From the NCBI RefSeq assembly GCF_006345805.1, contig NC_043001.1, forward strand, positions 98,952,001-99,016,000: DNA of 64,000 nucleotides, given 5' to 3'. The position numbers were made by a program, and so were the translations under genes. The notes beneath the pieces are model-generated. The model saw nothing but the letters and a program-made list of their open reading frames with translations, searched no databases and was not told the origin of the DNA. This DNA comes from Octopus sinensis. Lineage: Eukaryota. Below, piece after piece: positions 41,063 through 52,938 of the stretch (its first letter is position 1; every line of letters begins with the position of its first letter).

Positions 41063-41301
41063 CTTTCCCGCCGAGTCTCTTCATAAGTTCGTTTGCGAAC
41101 ATGACCAGCTGCATGAGCTGGATGCCCTGGCAAAGCAGCAACTGCTGGCGGGGTTGAAGTAGGGATAAGAGTTGCAGCAGGTGCACCAGCAAGTAGTGGC
41201 TGTCCAGGTGGAGGAGGTGGAGGCATGCCTGGAGCCATTGGAACAGCCATCATGTATGGTGGAGGCACCATCATAGGAACAAATCCTGGGTATTGATTCA
41301 T
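41063..41301 (-). CDS. HNRNPUL1: hnRNP U-like first coding exon (exon starts at 41313; ATG at 41301)
   Basis: Acceptor tttatcttcataaatag|ATATCTTGAAAAATG and donor AAG|gtaaaa (phase 2, joins 23176 in frame). MNQYPGFVPMMVPPP...GHVRKRTYEETRRE; RKRTYEE matches human RKRPYEENRGR. Confidence 0.88.
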
Positions 41302-41739
41302 TTTTCAAGATATCTATTTATGAAGATAAATAAAGTAAAAAATTTGTCAGTTCAAAATAATGGTTCAATATATGAACAATTGCAGAGATAAATGACAATG
41401 TGTTTCCTAATTCAAATACATGTAATAAAAAAAGAATCAAGACAAACTTTTTAGGTTGCAATAATATTCTTTCTACGTTGCAGAGGATGGGTTAGTCAAT
41501 ACCACTGGTAAAAATACTTGACTAATCATTTTATTGACCACAAAAGAATGTTAGGAAAAGTTGACTTCAGCTGTAGTATTAAAGTAAGTTGACATATTTC
41601 TCATATCTTTAAGTTCATTTTTCCATGCAAGCATGAGTTAGATGAATATATTGAGGTAGCTAGATGCATTTCCTGTTGCTAACACAAAAGTATGATAGAA
41701 AGATAAACACAGCTGCCTTGTTATTGAGGAGATATACAA

Positions 41740-42790
41740 CTGAAAGAGATAAAAAAGAAGGTAGTGACAGGTACTAGAGCAAACTCGAAACAAACAAAAT
41801 GAGCATAAGAGAGGATATGGACAGCAGATAATGGGAGATAAGAATGGATGCTTTCATAAGACTGTGAGGTACAAGAAAACAGGTAGAGATAGAGGTCAAT
41901 GTAGTGAACGATGGGGTATAGATGATGAGTAAGGATGGAGATGCAGAGGATAGGAAATGCCAGTGTGTAGAGAGTAAGAAAGGAGATACAGAGGTACATA
42001 AGGTGCTATAACAAGTGGGGCATGACATTAGATATGAGAGGGTATTAAGAATGGTTGCAGATAAGTGTTCAGAATGGGGTATAGCAGAGGGAAGTGAGAG
42101 CAGTGGCTGAAGGGATAGCAAAGGGGTGATTGACAGAAATAGTGTAAGCCAGGATAAGGAATGCAATGAAAAATGGAAATGTTTCTGAGAGGAGAGAGTA
42201 TGTAATATGTACCAATTCTGCCTGCTCTCAGGCAAGTACAGTAGTGCCATGGATGGAGAGGGGTGAAAATGAGGGGGGGGGGTGACATTTCAGAGAGAAA
42301 AGAGAGAGTAGATAGACAGGGCCCCACATGTGCAAGCATAATTGAGTGGTTTTAGGATCTTATTTTAGCTGTAATGTACAGGCCTTGAGGACAGCAAAAT
42401 ACCAATCATCTGTTCTTTGTCATCTCTGATGAAAATCTCAGCATCTTGAAATTAGCCATCAATACTTCGTCCCATCTCTTCCTCAGTTTCCTTCTTCCAT
42501 GAGTTCCCTCCACTTTAAATGATTGGCACTTCTTTATGCAATTGTCCTCATCCACATTCATTATGTGACCTAACCAGTGCAGTCTTCTCTTTTGCTCACT
42601 ACATCTGATTCTTTTTATGTCTAAATTTTCTCTCAGTTCATTTGCACTTTGTTGTTCGTGCACACTAACATCATTCCTCTCTAGTCTTTGCATGTTATCT
42701 GCAGTCAGGGCCCATGACTCACTACCATATAACATTGTTGTATCATACAATGTCATTTACTAGGAAAGGACCTTTAATTGCCAACAGAGG
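41740..42790 (-). mobile_element. RTE LINE C-terminal fragment (related subfamily) with pyrimidine-rich 3' region
   Basis: ORF 42406-42756 LYGSESWALTADNMQRLERN...RRLHWLGHIMNVDEDNCIKKC...RKRWDEV is homologous to 62700-63099. Assigning 41740-42400 as its 3' UTR is inference. Confidence 0.75.
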
Positions 42791-44094
42791 CATATTTTCC
42801 AAATGAACAGAACATTTGTTCTTGACTGAATCATATTTTAATTTGATGTTGATTATGATATTCATAATCAACATCAAATTGTTAAATATTAACCATAAAA
42901 AATGTTATTTAAATTTGTATGCCACCAAATTTCTCAAATCATGTATTGCCTATGTAGTAAGATTTTGGTACTCCAGAAATTCACTAGGAATAATAATAGA
43001 TGATGCAATATGAAAGAGCCAAAGTAGAAAACAAAAACAACATTGTTGTTCCATTCTGGAATAATGCAGCTGTATCATAGAAACATCACATGAAAGATCT
43101 GATAGAGTAAGTTCTTTTAGTGCAATGCAACGGTATCAATATTTCAGTAATATGATAGGAAATGCCAATATAAACATTGGTTAAGTTTTACCAAGCAAAA
43201 CCATTACATGATTCTAAACTATATCACGAAGTTATCCTTCATAAAAAACTTCCAGAAAGCATTTTTTAAAAGACTTGATTTGAGACTGCATGTTGAAAGT
43301 GAAACATGATCTAAAAGTCCGCAACATTAACTTTACCTTTAAATCTTAAATAGTATTGTCTACTGTCAAAAAACTTCACCACACTTCTGTTATCTAGTTA
43401 CTGACAGCATGTTGAAATGCAAAAAATGAATGTAAGTCTTTGTGCATTCTCAAATGGCTAAAGCATTCTTTTGTTTCCTTAAATTATTAAAGACCAAAAG
43501 TAATGTCTGATGGTATTGCATACTGTCATTTTTTATGTTGATCCTTTAACCGTGAAACCTTTAAATAGAGTGATTGATTACAATTAAGGGTGTTCAATTG
43601 TAAAAACTCAGTCAAAAAGGAGAAAGAATAAATTGAGAGAATGTGGACCATGCAGGCCTTACACAAATAACTTTGTCTACTCCCAATAAAAACCTGACAG
43701 TAGAGTGTTCTCTTTTAGTCCTTTTGTAAAACAATACTGGTTACACAAAATGTATCCAGTTTACACTGTAAAACGATTGATAGGAAGGATGCAATGAGTG
43801 GAGAGGCATTGACACCCATCTAATCCGTGTCAACATAGAAAAATCAGACATGATTATGAGGAAGATGCAATGGTTAAAAGCAGAGAGAAAAACAAAACCT
43901 GAGGAAATATATGCTACAAAGAGTGCATCATCTGATAATAAAAGAAAGGAGATGTAAAAATAATTGTGGTAGCTATAGTAAGAGTGGGCAAGAGTTTAGA
44001 ATTGATAATATAGGGGGAATGATAAAGATGACTACTCATGTTTCATTATGAAATGCATACACCATTTCAACAGGGCCAGTTTTGATCCTCATGT

Positions 44095-44472
44095 CATCAT
44101 CATCATCATTGTTTAACGTCTGCTTTCCATGCTGACACAGGTTGAACAGTTTGAGTGAGGTCTGGAGAGCTAGTGGCTGCACCAAGCTCTAATCTGATCT
44201 GGCAATGTTTCTACAGCTGGATACTCTTCCTAACGCCAACCATTCTGAGATGTGGTGGGTGCTTTTTATGTGCCACCAGCACAGGAACCAGTCAGACAGG
44301 ACTGGCATCGATCATTTTTGGATGTTGCTTTTTACGTGCCACCAGCACAAGAGCCAGTCACAGGGTACTGGCATCAGCGATGATCAGTTGGTGCTTTTTA
44401 CGTGCCACTGGCACGGGAGCCAGTCAGGCAGACCTGGCATCGACCACATTCAGATGGTGCTTTTTATGTGCT
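44095..44472 (-). mobile_element. RTE (PHD-family) 3' UTR fragment: 3-4 array units plus tail, reverse orientation
   Basis: Reverse complement has repeated gtggcacgtaaaaagca units, then ggcgttaggaagagtatccagc...gacgttaaacaatgatgatgatg. Confidence 0.88.
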
Positions 44473-44829
44473 AATTTCATTCACATTACTAAGGTGCTCA
44501 GAAAAAGAATGAATATTGTAACTTAATCCCACTCCCGCTCTCCACAAAAAGAAAAGTGAGAAAGAGATCTTCTGAATATGAAAAATCATAGTTTGCCACA
44601 AAGTTAGCACAGATCAAGCATACTTTGAGCAAAAGCATTTCAGTCATGACCATCACTTTTTATTGTAATATTTGTTATAATAAAAAATGAGAGAACATTG
44701 CAAAAATTGATATTAATCAGAAACTTGATAATAAAATGAAACAACTCTGAAATAGTTGTACCTGTTAACTATTACTTCTGAATAAACATTGACATGCCAC
44801 ACAAGAAATTATTTGCAGAATGCTGTCAA

Positions 44830-45185
44830 TAGATAATCTTTGCAAGCTTGCTTCTCAACCATGTGGTTTGGAAGCCAATCCCACAGCATGGCATCTCGGG
44901 CAAGTGTCTTCTACTGTAGCCCTTGGTTGACCAAACCCTTGTGAGTGGATTAAGTAGACAGAAACAGAAAGAAGCTTGTTGTGTATGTGTGTGTGTTTGT
45001 ATTTGTCTCAACATATGATGGCTGTAAACATTACCATCATATATATGATATTCGTTTTTAGCCCTCTGTGAAAAATATTATTTTGCTAGGTAACAGGTGA
45101 GGGTTGGTGACAGGAGGGCCATCTAACCATAGAAAATCTGACCGAAGCAAGCATGGAAAGTTGACAATACAATAATGTTGATGAC
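44830..45185 (+). mobile_element. SINE with tRNA-like head and RTE-type tail
   Basis: aagcttgcttctcaaccatgtgg, gggcaagtgtcttctac core, then gggttggtgacaggagggccatc...aagcatggaaagttgac. Confidence 0.75.
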
Positions 45186-45509
45186 AGTGGGATTATGAGA
45201 TCCAAAGAAGAAAGAATCTTGTTCAATATTTTGATTAATGCCTGCATATACAACAGCTCCAAGCTTTACTATCTGAGCATGCTTGGTAATTCATCAAATG
45301 CATTGGTTCAGTATAGCAATCCCAAATGATGAAAGAGACTTGCTTAATACTACTTCAAATATCAACTGTCATGGTGCAAATATTCTGTAAATTTACACAA
45401 TGATTCCTTTCAATTAGATCATCAGTATTAATTATGTACAACACTAATTCTCAGAGATGCTGAAAGGTCCAGCCAATTCTTCAATATATAAACAATTTGA
45501 GGGATTTGT

Positions 45510-47150
45510 GGTTTGTCTTCCCTTCAGGCAGATGGCCCTGCTCGATCTGTAGAAAAGGCGTAAGATTTACCCAGTGTAAGCTATGGACACATAAGAGGTG
45601 CAATATGTAAGGAAAGCTAACTGGGAAGATAGTTTTTGTGTGTGGCAAATGCTCAGGAGCACTAAACACTGAAAATGTGCAGAGAACAGCTTCCGTCACA
45701 TTCCAGGAGGAAAAAACTACAAGTAGTAGATAGCATCTGTTACCTAGTCAGTTACAAATCAGTAGTGGGGGTGGATGCTCTGAAAGTGGAGCTGCTAGAA
45801 TAAGAATAGCTTGGGCGAAGTTCAGAGAGCTCCTACCTCTGCTGGTGACAAAGGGCCTCTCGCTCAGAGTAAAAGGTAGACTGTATGATGCATGTGTGCA
45901 AACAGCCATGCTACATGGCAGTGAAACATGGGCCGTGACTGCTGAGGCCATGCATAAGCTTGCAAGGAATGAAGCCAGTATGCTCCGCTGGATGTATAAT
46001 GTCAGTGTGCATACACGACAGAGTGTAAGCACCTTGTGAGAAAAGTTGGACTTAAGCATCAAATGTGGTTTGCATGGATGAGGACAGCTGTTGAAAAAGT
46101 GTCACACCCTAAAAGTTGAGGGAACCTGTGGAAGAGGCAGACCCAGGAAGACTTGGGATGAGGTGGTGAAGCACAACCTTCAAACATTAGGCCTCACCGA
46201 GGCAATGACAAGTGACCGAGATCTTTGGAGATATGCTGTGCTTGAGAAGACCTGGCAAGCCAAATGAAACCATAACCGTGGCCCATAAAAGTGTTGTATA
46301 ACCAGCCCATTTAAGAGTACCCTTCAATCATTGGGCAATAAACTACGCTTGTGAGGCAAGTGAAATTGTTGTCATAGCTGATGACAGTACCGCCTGATTG
46401 GCACCCATTCTAGTAGAACATTAAAAGCACCATTCAAGCATGACCGTTGCTGACTGGCTCCTGGGCCGGTGGCAAGTAAAAACACCATTCGAGCGTGGTT
46501 GTTGCCAGTGCTGCCAGACTGGCTTCTGTGCAGGTGGCATGCAAAATGCATCATTTGAGTGTGGCCAATACCAGTACCGCCTGACTAGCCTTTGTGCATG
46601 TGGCACATAAAAGCACCCAATACACTCTCGGAGTGGTTGGTGTTAGGAAGGACATCCAGCTGTAGAATCTTTGCCAGATCAGATTGGAGCCTGGTGCAGC
46701 CTTCTGGCTTGCCAGCCCTCAGTGAAATCGTTGTTGTAGCTGATGACAGTACCGCCTGATTGGCACCTATGCCAGTGGAACGTTAAAAGCACCATTCGAG
46801 TATGATCGTTACCAGGGCTGCTGACTGGCTCCTGTGCCGGTGGCACATAAAAAACACCATTTGAGTGTGGTCATTGCCAGTGCGTTAGGAAGGGCATCCA
46901 GCTTTAGAAACTTTGCCAGATCAGATTGGAGTTTGGTGCAGCCTTCTGGCTTGCCAGCCCTGTCAAACCCATGCCAGCATGGAAAGCGGACATTAAACGA
47001 TGATGATGATTTGGCATTAGAAAGGGGCTCCAGCTGTAGAAATCATGCCAAATAAGACTGGAGTCTAGTGCAGCCCCTCAGCTCGCCAGCCCTGGTCAAA
47101 CTGTCCAACCCATGCCAACATAGACAACGGACATTAAATGATGATGATGA
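45510..47150 (+). mobile_element. 5'-truncated RTE (PHD-family) copy with PHD remnant, duplicated 3' UTR and three tandem tails
   Basis: Close nucleotide homology to 62295-63785 (GRWPCSICRK...LWTHKRC...VCGKCSG; ARIRIAWAKFRELLPLL). Tail-type segments at about 46630-46722, 46880-47010 and 47015-47150. Confidence 0.9.
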
Positions 47151-47606
47151 CTTTCAGTGTGAAAGTTTTTTTTTTGTTTGTTTCAGATTCATTTTATTAG
47201 AGTTTTAATTAGTGGCTAATGTTGATTTATTCTTTTACTTTTAGGCTACATTAAATGAAAAATTATTGTTTTTGTGAATCAAAGACTACAGTGGCACATG
47301 GCATCTGAAACAAAGAAGATGATTAGAATTTGGTTAAGATTTCTAATAAATTAAGTGACCACATAGAAGTCTCCTCATTCCTTTTCTCTCTAGAGATGAA
47401 AGAACATGGTAAATAGAAACATAAGTAAATGTGAGAGCTAAATAGATGAGACTTGTTTAATATCTTTGATTACACAGTTCTGAGTGGATTGGCAGAACAA
47501 AACATCTGTGGTATTTAGTTTCGGCCTTTTATGTCTCGAGTTCAACTTTGACTTCTTTCCAGGATTAATAAAATGAAGTGCCAATTAAGTATTGGGATTG
47601 ATTTAA

Positions 47607-48142
47607 TCTATATATAAAACTGAGAATGTGTGCCTGTCTGTCTGTCTGTGTGTTTCCCTAAAACTTGAGAACTACACAACCAATTTCATTCAAATTTTAC
47701 ATATGCCTTACTTAAGGTCTGGAGAGTGTCATCGGCAAAAAAAAATGTTCAACTTCTTGCCTAGGGCGAGCCCATAGCAATATCATATCCTCTCCACTAT
47801 TTCAGTATTACGTGCTAAAAGTGAAGCAAAAACATAGGACCTCCCAGATAAAAATTAAAAATGTTCCCCCAGAAGTAGAGGTAGGCTGGATTGTAGCCAC
47901 ACTTCTATACAAGAGGGAGGACAAGATACAATTGATCGAAATTGCAAGAGACGGGCCTACAATTCCAGTCTGTTATATATTTTGAGTATTGTTATCACTA
48001 GTGATATCTAGATATAACTTTGTATTTTGTATTTTATGTGTAGATGTATATATATAGATGTACATGTAATATGTACACATATATATATACATATATACAT
48101 GCACTAGCACTATGACCCAGCAACGACGGGTCATAATGCTAG
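47607..48142 (+). mobile_element. Non-autonomous Helitron, 536 bp
   Basis: 5' end A|TCTATATATAAAAC; 3' hairpin tatgaccc-agcaacgac-gggtcata followed by CTAG|T; inserted between A and T with no TSD, which are canonical Helitron termini. Confidence 0.85.
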
Positions 48143-48164
48143 TATTCCTATAAAGCATTCCAAG

Positions 48165-48720
48165 ATGTGAATGAACAGTAATTGCTCTGATTCAATACCA
48201 GGCATGGCACTCATGGCTTCTGATCTTAACTGATTGGAAGTGTTATCAAGTAAACGTTTTCTCTTGATGTAAAAGTTAGGCTACAGCAAATATTCTGCTC
48301 AATACCATAGGTTTGCTTGTCAGTTGCTTGACCGTAATCTGTTGAAATTGTCCCTTAATAGCTGATATGTGCATCTCTGATCATGAGCAGGAGTAGTAAG
48401 GGAACATCACAGCCATGTTTTGAGAGAAATTCTTTGGGGCTTGAATAGTTCACTCCTGGAAACATGAATGTTTTGTTTATCATCCTTAAATAACCCTTTT
48501 GCACAAGATGGGCTACTCAATCTGAAGAAAATTCTAAATGGGCCCCACTTGCAAGATCATGAATTGTCTATCTTGATATGAGCTCATCATGTTGCACACA
48601 TGGCTATGATGCATGTGCTTGTGTATCCTTATCAGGCAGATAGTCATGATGGCTTTGTATATTTGTATCCCAGTGTCACTTTGAAGGCATGCACTGCTCT
48701 CTCACCCAATAATAATAATG
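48165..48720 (+). repeat. Interspersed retroposon-like repeat ending in (AAT)n
   Basis: Ends gcactgctctctcacccaataataataat and resembles an abundant octopus repeat as I recall it; only one copy in the window. Confidence 0.45.
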
Positions 48721-48724
48721 GTTT

Positions 48725-48905
48725 AAAATTTTGGCATAAAGCCAATAATTCTGAGGGTAAGGTAAGTTGATTACTTTGACCCCAGTCTTCAACTGGTACT
48801 TATTTTATCAATCCCAAAAGAATGAAGGCAAAGTCAACCTCAGCAGAATTTGAACTCAAACTGTAAAGATGGTCGAAATGCTGCTAAGCATTTTGCCCAG
48901 TGTGC
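48725..48905 (-). mobile_element. SINE, family of 56739-56957
   Basis: Reverse complement: gttagcacactgggcaaaatgcttagcagcatttcg...ttgagttcaaattctgctgaggttgactttgccttcattc. Confidence 0.75.
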
Positions 48906-50789
48906 TAACGATTCAATAATAATAATAATAATAGAAATGTGTGCTCAAGAAACAAAAAATGCATACCAACATCCCACAACTACGAGCATAGAAAGTGAAA
49001 AAAATACAGGTGATTTTTTACTGAAAAGCAGTTAAATATTTTTTGTTTTACTTTTTACTTCAGGTGAAGTAAAATATTTCAAAGAGAAAATTTTTCTGAT
49101 TTCCTATTTGAGATACAACTCAAAAACAGCACACAGCTAGTCAAATTGCTTTAGAAGGTACAAAATATAGTGCTCTTCAAGCAAACAAACAAATAAAAAA
49201 TTAAAATTAATTCTTCAGTAGAAAGACATTTAACTTTGTGGTCCAAAGTGCAACAATCCTATCTTTACAACAATATCAATACAATAATCACTGCATGATT
49301 TTACATACAGCTGAGATCTGGCAACTTCCTTTCAAAAAGATAACATAACATACTTGCATTACAATAATTGTTCACTTAATGAATAAAAACAATAGTGTAT
49401 CAGTACACTTTTCAAAAATGTCTACTCTGGCAAATGATCTAGTCACTACGTGGTAACTGATAAATCTATATCGAGGAGCATTAAATGGTGATTTTTCATG
49501 TTTTAGTGAGAAAAATCACAATATTTTTCATAATACAAGTACTTCACGCAAGTAAATACTGTCAGTATCACTAGATGATAGAGACCTAAACGGGAACAAA
49601 TGACAAGACCATACATTTTGGGCTATCTGAAAATATTGGTTGCAAGAACTGTACACTTTCCACAAATGTTAATTTACTAATTGGTGACCAGCATTAATCC
49701 ACGCTTTCAGTGAGACACATAGGAGTTTTCTCATTGGCTCGTATTTAGAAAGTAAAACCCCTTGTATATTTTTCATCATTCAGCTCAGAGAGAAGACAGT
49801 GCCCATGACACATTACAGAGCCTCTGAGATTCATGGGAAGGATGAAGGTATTCAGAAAACAGTCTGAATATTTGCAACAGAAGTGGACTGTTTCCAAATA
49901 AGCTGTGATGGGATTTATCCAAAGTCAAAGCAAGTGCTGCAAAACATTGGTCTAATTCCTTAGTTTCATGAATCTACTGCCTTGGATTGGTATTTTTCTA
50001 TCAACTTCAACAAAGATGACTGGCAAAGTTGACCTCAATGAGATTTAAGCTCAGAAAGAACAACTATTGCAAAGCATTCTGTCTGACAGTAACAACTGTC
50101 AATTTGCTGCAAGTAAATGATGATTATCAAATATATTTACACTGGAAGTGTAACAGCATATTGCAAATTAAATATGACATACAGAGATTAATTCAAGGAA
50201 CCGAAAGTTAGTCCTGTTCATTAAGACATCACTGAATTGTTTTAGGTAGTACAACACGGTAATTTAAGGAAATAAAAACAGAGAAATGAGATGTAGTATT
50301 CATGCTTCTTTCAAGGATGTTAACACCATAAATTGGCACTAAATGAGGAACGAAAGTTGTAGGTTATAGCCGCCAAGGACAAGCAACAATATTAGAGTAA
50401 CCAGATGTTATAAGCCGGTTTCAAAACAAACGTTTCGGATGGAGCTCTTTGTTCAGGTCAACATATAAGCAAATTTATTTTCAATCTATTTCATAACAAT
50501 CACCATCTAACCACCCAAAATATTTACCAAGCTTAATTTAATTCGTAATGACTAATGACCTGTATGTAAATACTATGTTGCAGCCGGTAATTTTCCAACT
50601 GGAACAAGCCTTGCTCAGTTAATAAGAATTGATGCCTACATTTTCTGAATATTTGCCAAGTCTAGTTTTTTTTTTGGGGGGGGGGGGGGATTATAATAAC
50701 AAATTAAAAGTAAAAATCTAACTAATAAAAAAAATAAAAACAGGGGCTAATGCAGTTTTGCACCTCTCCTTGGAAAATGCATTTTTTGG

Positions 50790-51770
50790 AAAAAATTTTG
50801 GTTAAATGCCAACATTATTACCCGGAAACGAAATTGAAAAAAAAATAGTGCAACAGGTGTGAAAAAAGGTGTAGGAAACGAACATGAAAACAAAACTTCA
50901 GAAAATTTAAAGGATCCAATGTTTTACCCTCATAAATGGGTTTTTTTAAATGAAATTTTATATAAATACTTTTCAAACCGTATAGATGATTATAAAAAAA
51001 TTTGTGGGGAAAATCTTTTCCAAAGGGGTGGAGAGAAGACTTTGGAAAATGGATATTTCTTTCTACTTCACACCCACATAGGAAACGAATCTGAAAACAA
51101 AAATGTGCGGAAAGCAACGGGGCGGGGGGGGAGGAATTTGGAATATTCACAAGACCCGAATTTTTCCCTCGTAATTTTGAGGAAAATATGATCCTTTTGA
51201 AATCACAAATTAGGCCTTTCCTCAGGAACAGAGATGCTAAACATTCCTTTGAAGGGTTCGGGTCCTTACTTCTAATAGAGAGAGAGATGTGTGTGTGTGT
51301 TTATATATATATATATATGTATGTATAGTAGAAGGACCCGAACCTTTCAAAGAGATGTTTAGCGTCCAAGATCTTGCGGAAAAGCCTAATTTGTGATTTC
51401 AAAAGAATTATATTTTCCTCAAAGTTACGTGGGAAAAACACTGGATCTTGTGAATTTTCTGAAGTCCCCCAGTCCGGAAAAGATTTTCTCCACAGATTTC
51501 TTTATAATCGTAATCTATACCGTTTGAAAGATATTTATATAAAATTTCATTAAAAAAAAAATCCATTTTCCTAAAAAGTTATGAGGGAAAAACAGCGGAT
51601 CTTGTGAATTTTCCGAAGGCCTCTCCCCATCCCCGCTACTTTTGGGGCATTTTTGTTTTCATACTGGTTTCCTACACTTTTTTTTTTACACCCGTTGCAC
51701 TATTTAAATTTTTTTTTAAATTTTGTTTCCGGGTAATAATGTCAACATTAACCAAGATTTTTTCGGATTC
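50790..51770. repeat. Long imperfect inverted repeat: two arms of about 450-480 bp around a roughly 55 bp microsatellite spacer
   Basis: Outer aacattattacccggaaac (50811) pairs with gtttccgggtaataatgt (51725); inner gaagggttcgggtcctt (51251) pairs with aaggacccgaacctttc (51332). Matching blocks run throughout, with indels. Confidence 0.88.
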
Positions 51771-51924
51771 CTACGAATACGCAAATAAAATGGGTTTTTT
51801 TGAAATTTCACCCCACCTCTTCCACCACCATCCCACCCCGCCATAATTTATTTAACTGTCTATCTATTTATCCCTGTCCGTTTATTCAAAAAATATATTT
51901 GTCAACTAAATGTGAAGGTCCTCT

Positions 51925-52135
51925 GGAAGACTGTTACTGTTGTTTTTAGCCCCAGGAAGACATTCATATTTATCTATCTCTTTTTTTTTTATTTTCTCTC
52001 CCTGTTTATTTCTATGTTCCTTTCTGTTGAAGAACATAGGCTCGAAACGTAAAATACTTTCTAGCTTTCCGAGCGTTAAACTAATACATCTGTTTGTTGT
52101 TTACACACCTGTCTTCGTCTTTTTTTTTTTTTTTT
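51925..52135 (+). repeat. Interspersed repeat resembling a Penelope-type terminal (pLTR) fragment
   Basis: Same family as 58700-58850 (minus): ...aatacatctgtttgttgtttacacacctgtcttcgtc...gtaaatt; contains ttgaaga...ctcgaaacgta. The PLE assignment is inference. Confidence 0.5.
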
Positions 52136-52938
52136 TGTAAATTCTCACTATCTCTTTATACACATATCTATATGCTTATTGAATTTAAAATTTTGAAAGC
52201 TTGGTTTCTTGCGTATTTGGAATATCTCCGTCACCTAAAACATAGAGAAAAAATTTCCAAAAAGTTCAAAATTTTAAGGGGGGGGGCTTTTTTTGTGTGC
52301 ATATTCTTAATCTCCGATATCTAAAACGTAATGATCCGAAATTTTTTTTTCATAAAAACGCATTTTTCAAGGAGTACGAAACTGCATTAGTCCCCAAAAC
52401 AGACTTAATCTGCAAATTGATCTTTTAAAAAAGCCAACATGCAGCAAAGATCGCACTAAGGAACCGTTAGGATACACATATTTGATGGCTACTAATATAT
52501 TATAGAAGAAATTTTTGATAAATATGTTTATCACTGTTATGCTCCTATTCCCAATTAAAGTCACAATTTATTAAATTCTTAAATCAAAGTTGCACGAGAG
52601 TTAATTTTTTTTTTTTTTTTGCAGTTTATAAACGGCATTTTAAAAACTGGACAAAAAGGCAATTTTTAAGAAACTACGCAGAAAATTGTATTGCAATCAA
52701 AATGATAAAAAAAAAATCCTTTTAGATCTATAAAAGAAAGGAAATGGTCACGAGTTAATTCTAATTTTTACATTTTATCAAAGGGACAATAAAAAAAAAA
52801 GCCAAATTTAGTTAACAGACTTTTCAACTATTACTAGACCAAATCGAGTACCAACCAGCAGGTCACATGTATGGTCTTTAGTTTGTTTGAGCCACCATAA
52901 CTAAAACCATGTTGGGGCACTGCCTTAAGAATTACCAA

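Noticed and set aside
41081-41308. 75-aa alternative-frame ORF over the first coding exon
   Set aside because: A frame shadow of the real exon, lacking the conserved RKRxYEE motif and terminating within the exon; at most a uORF.
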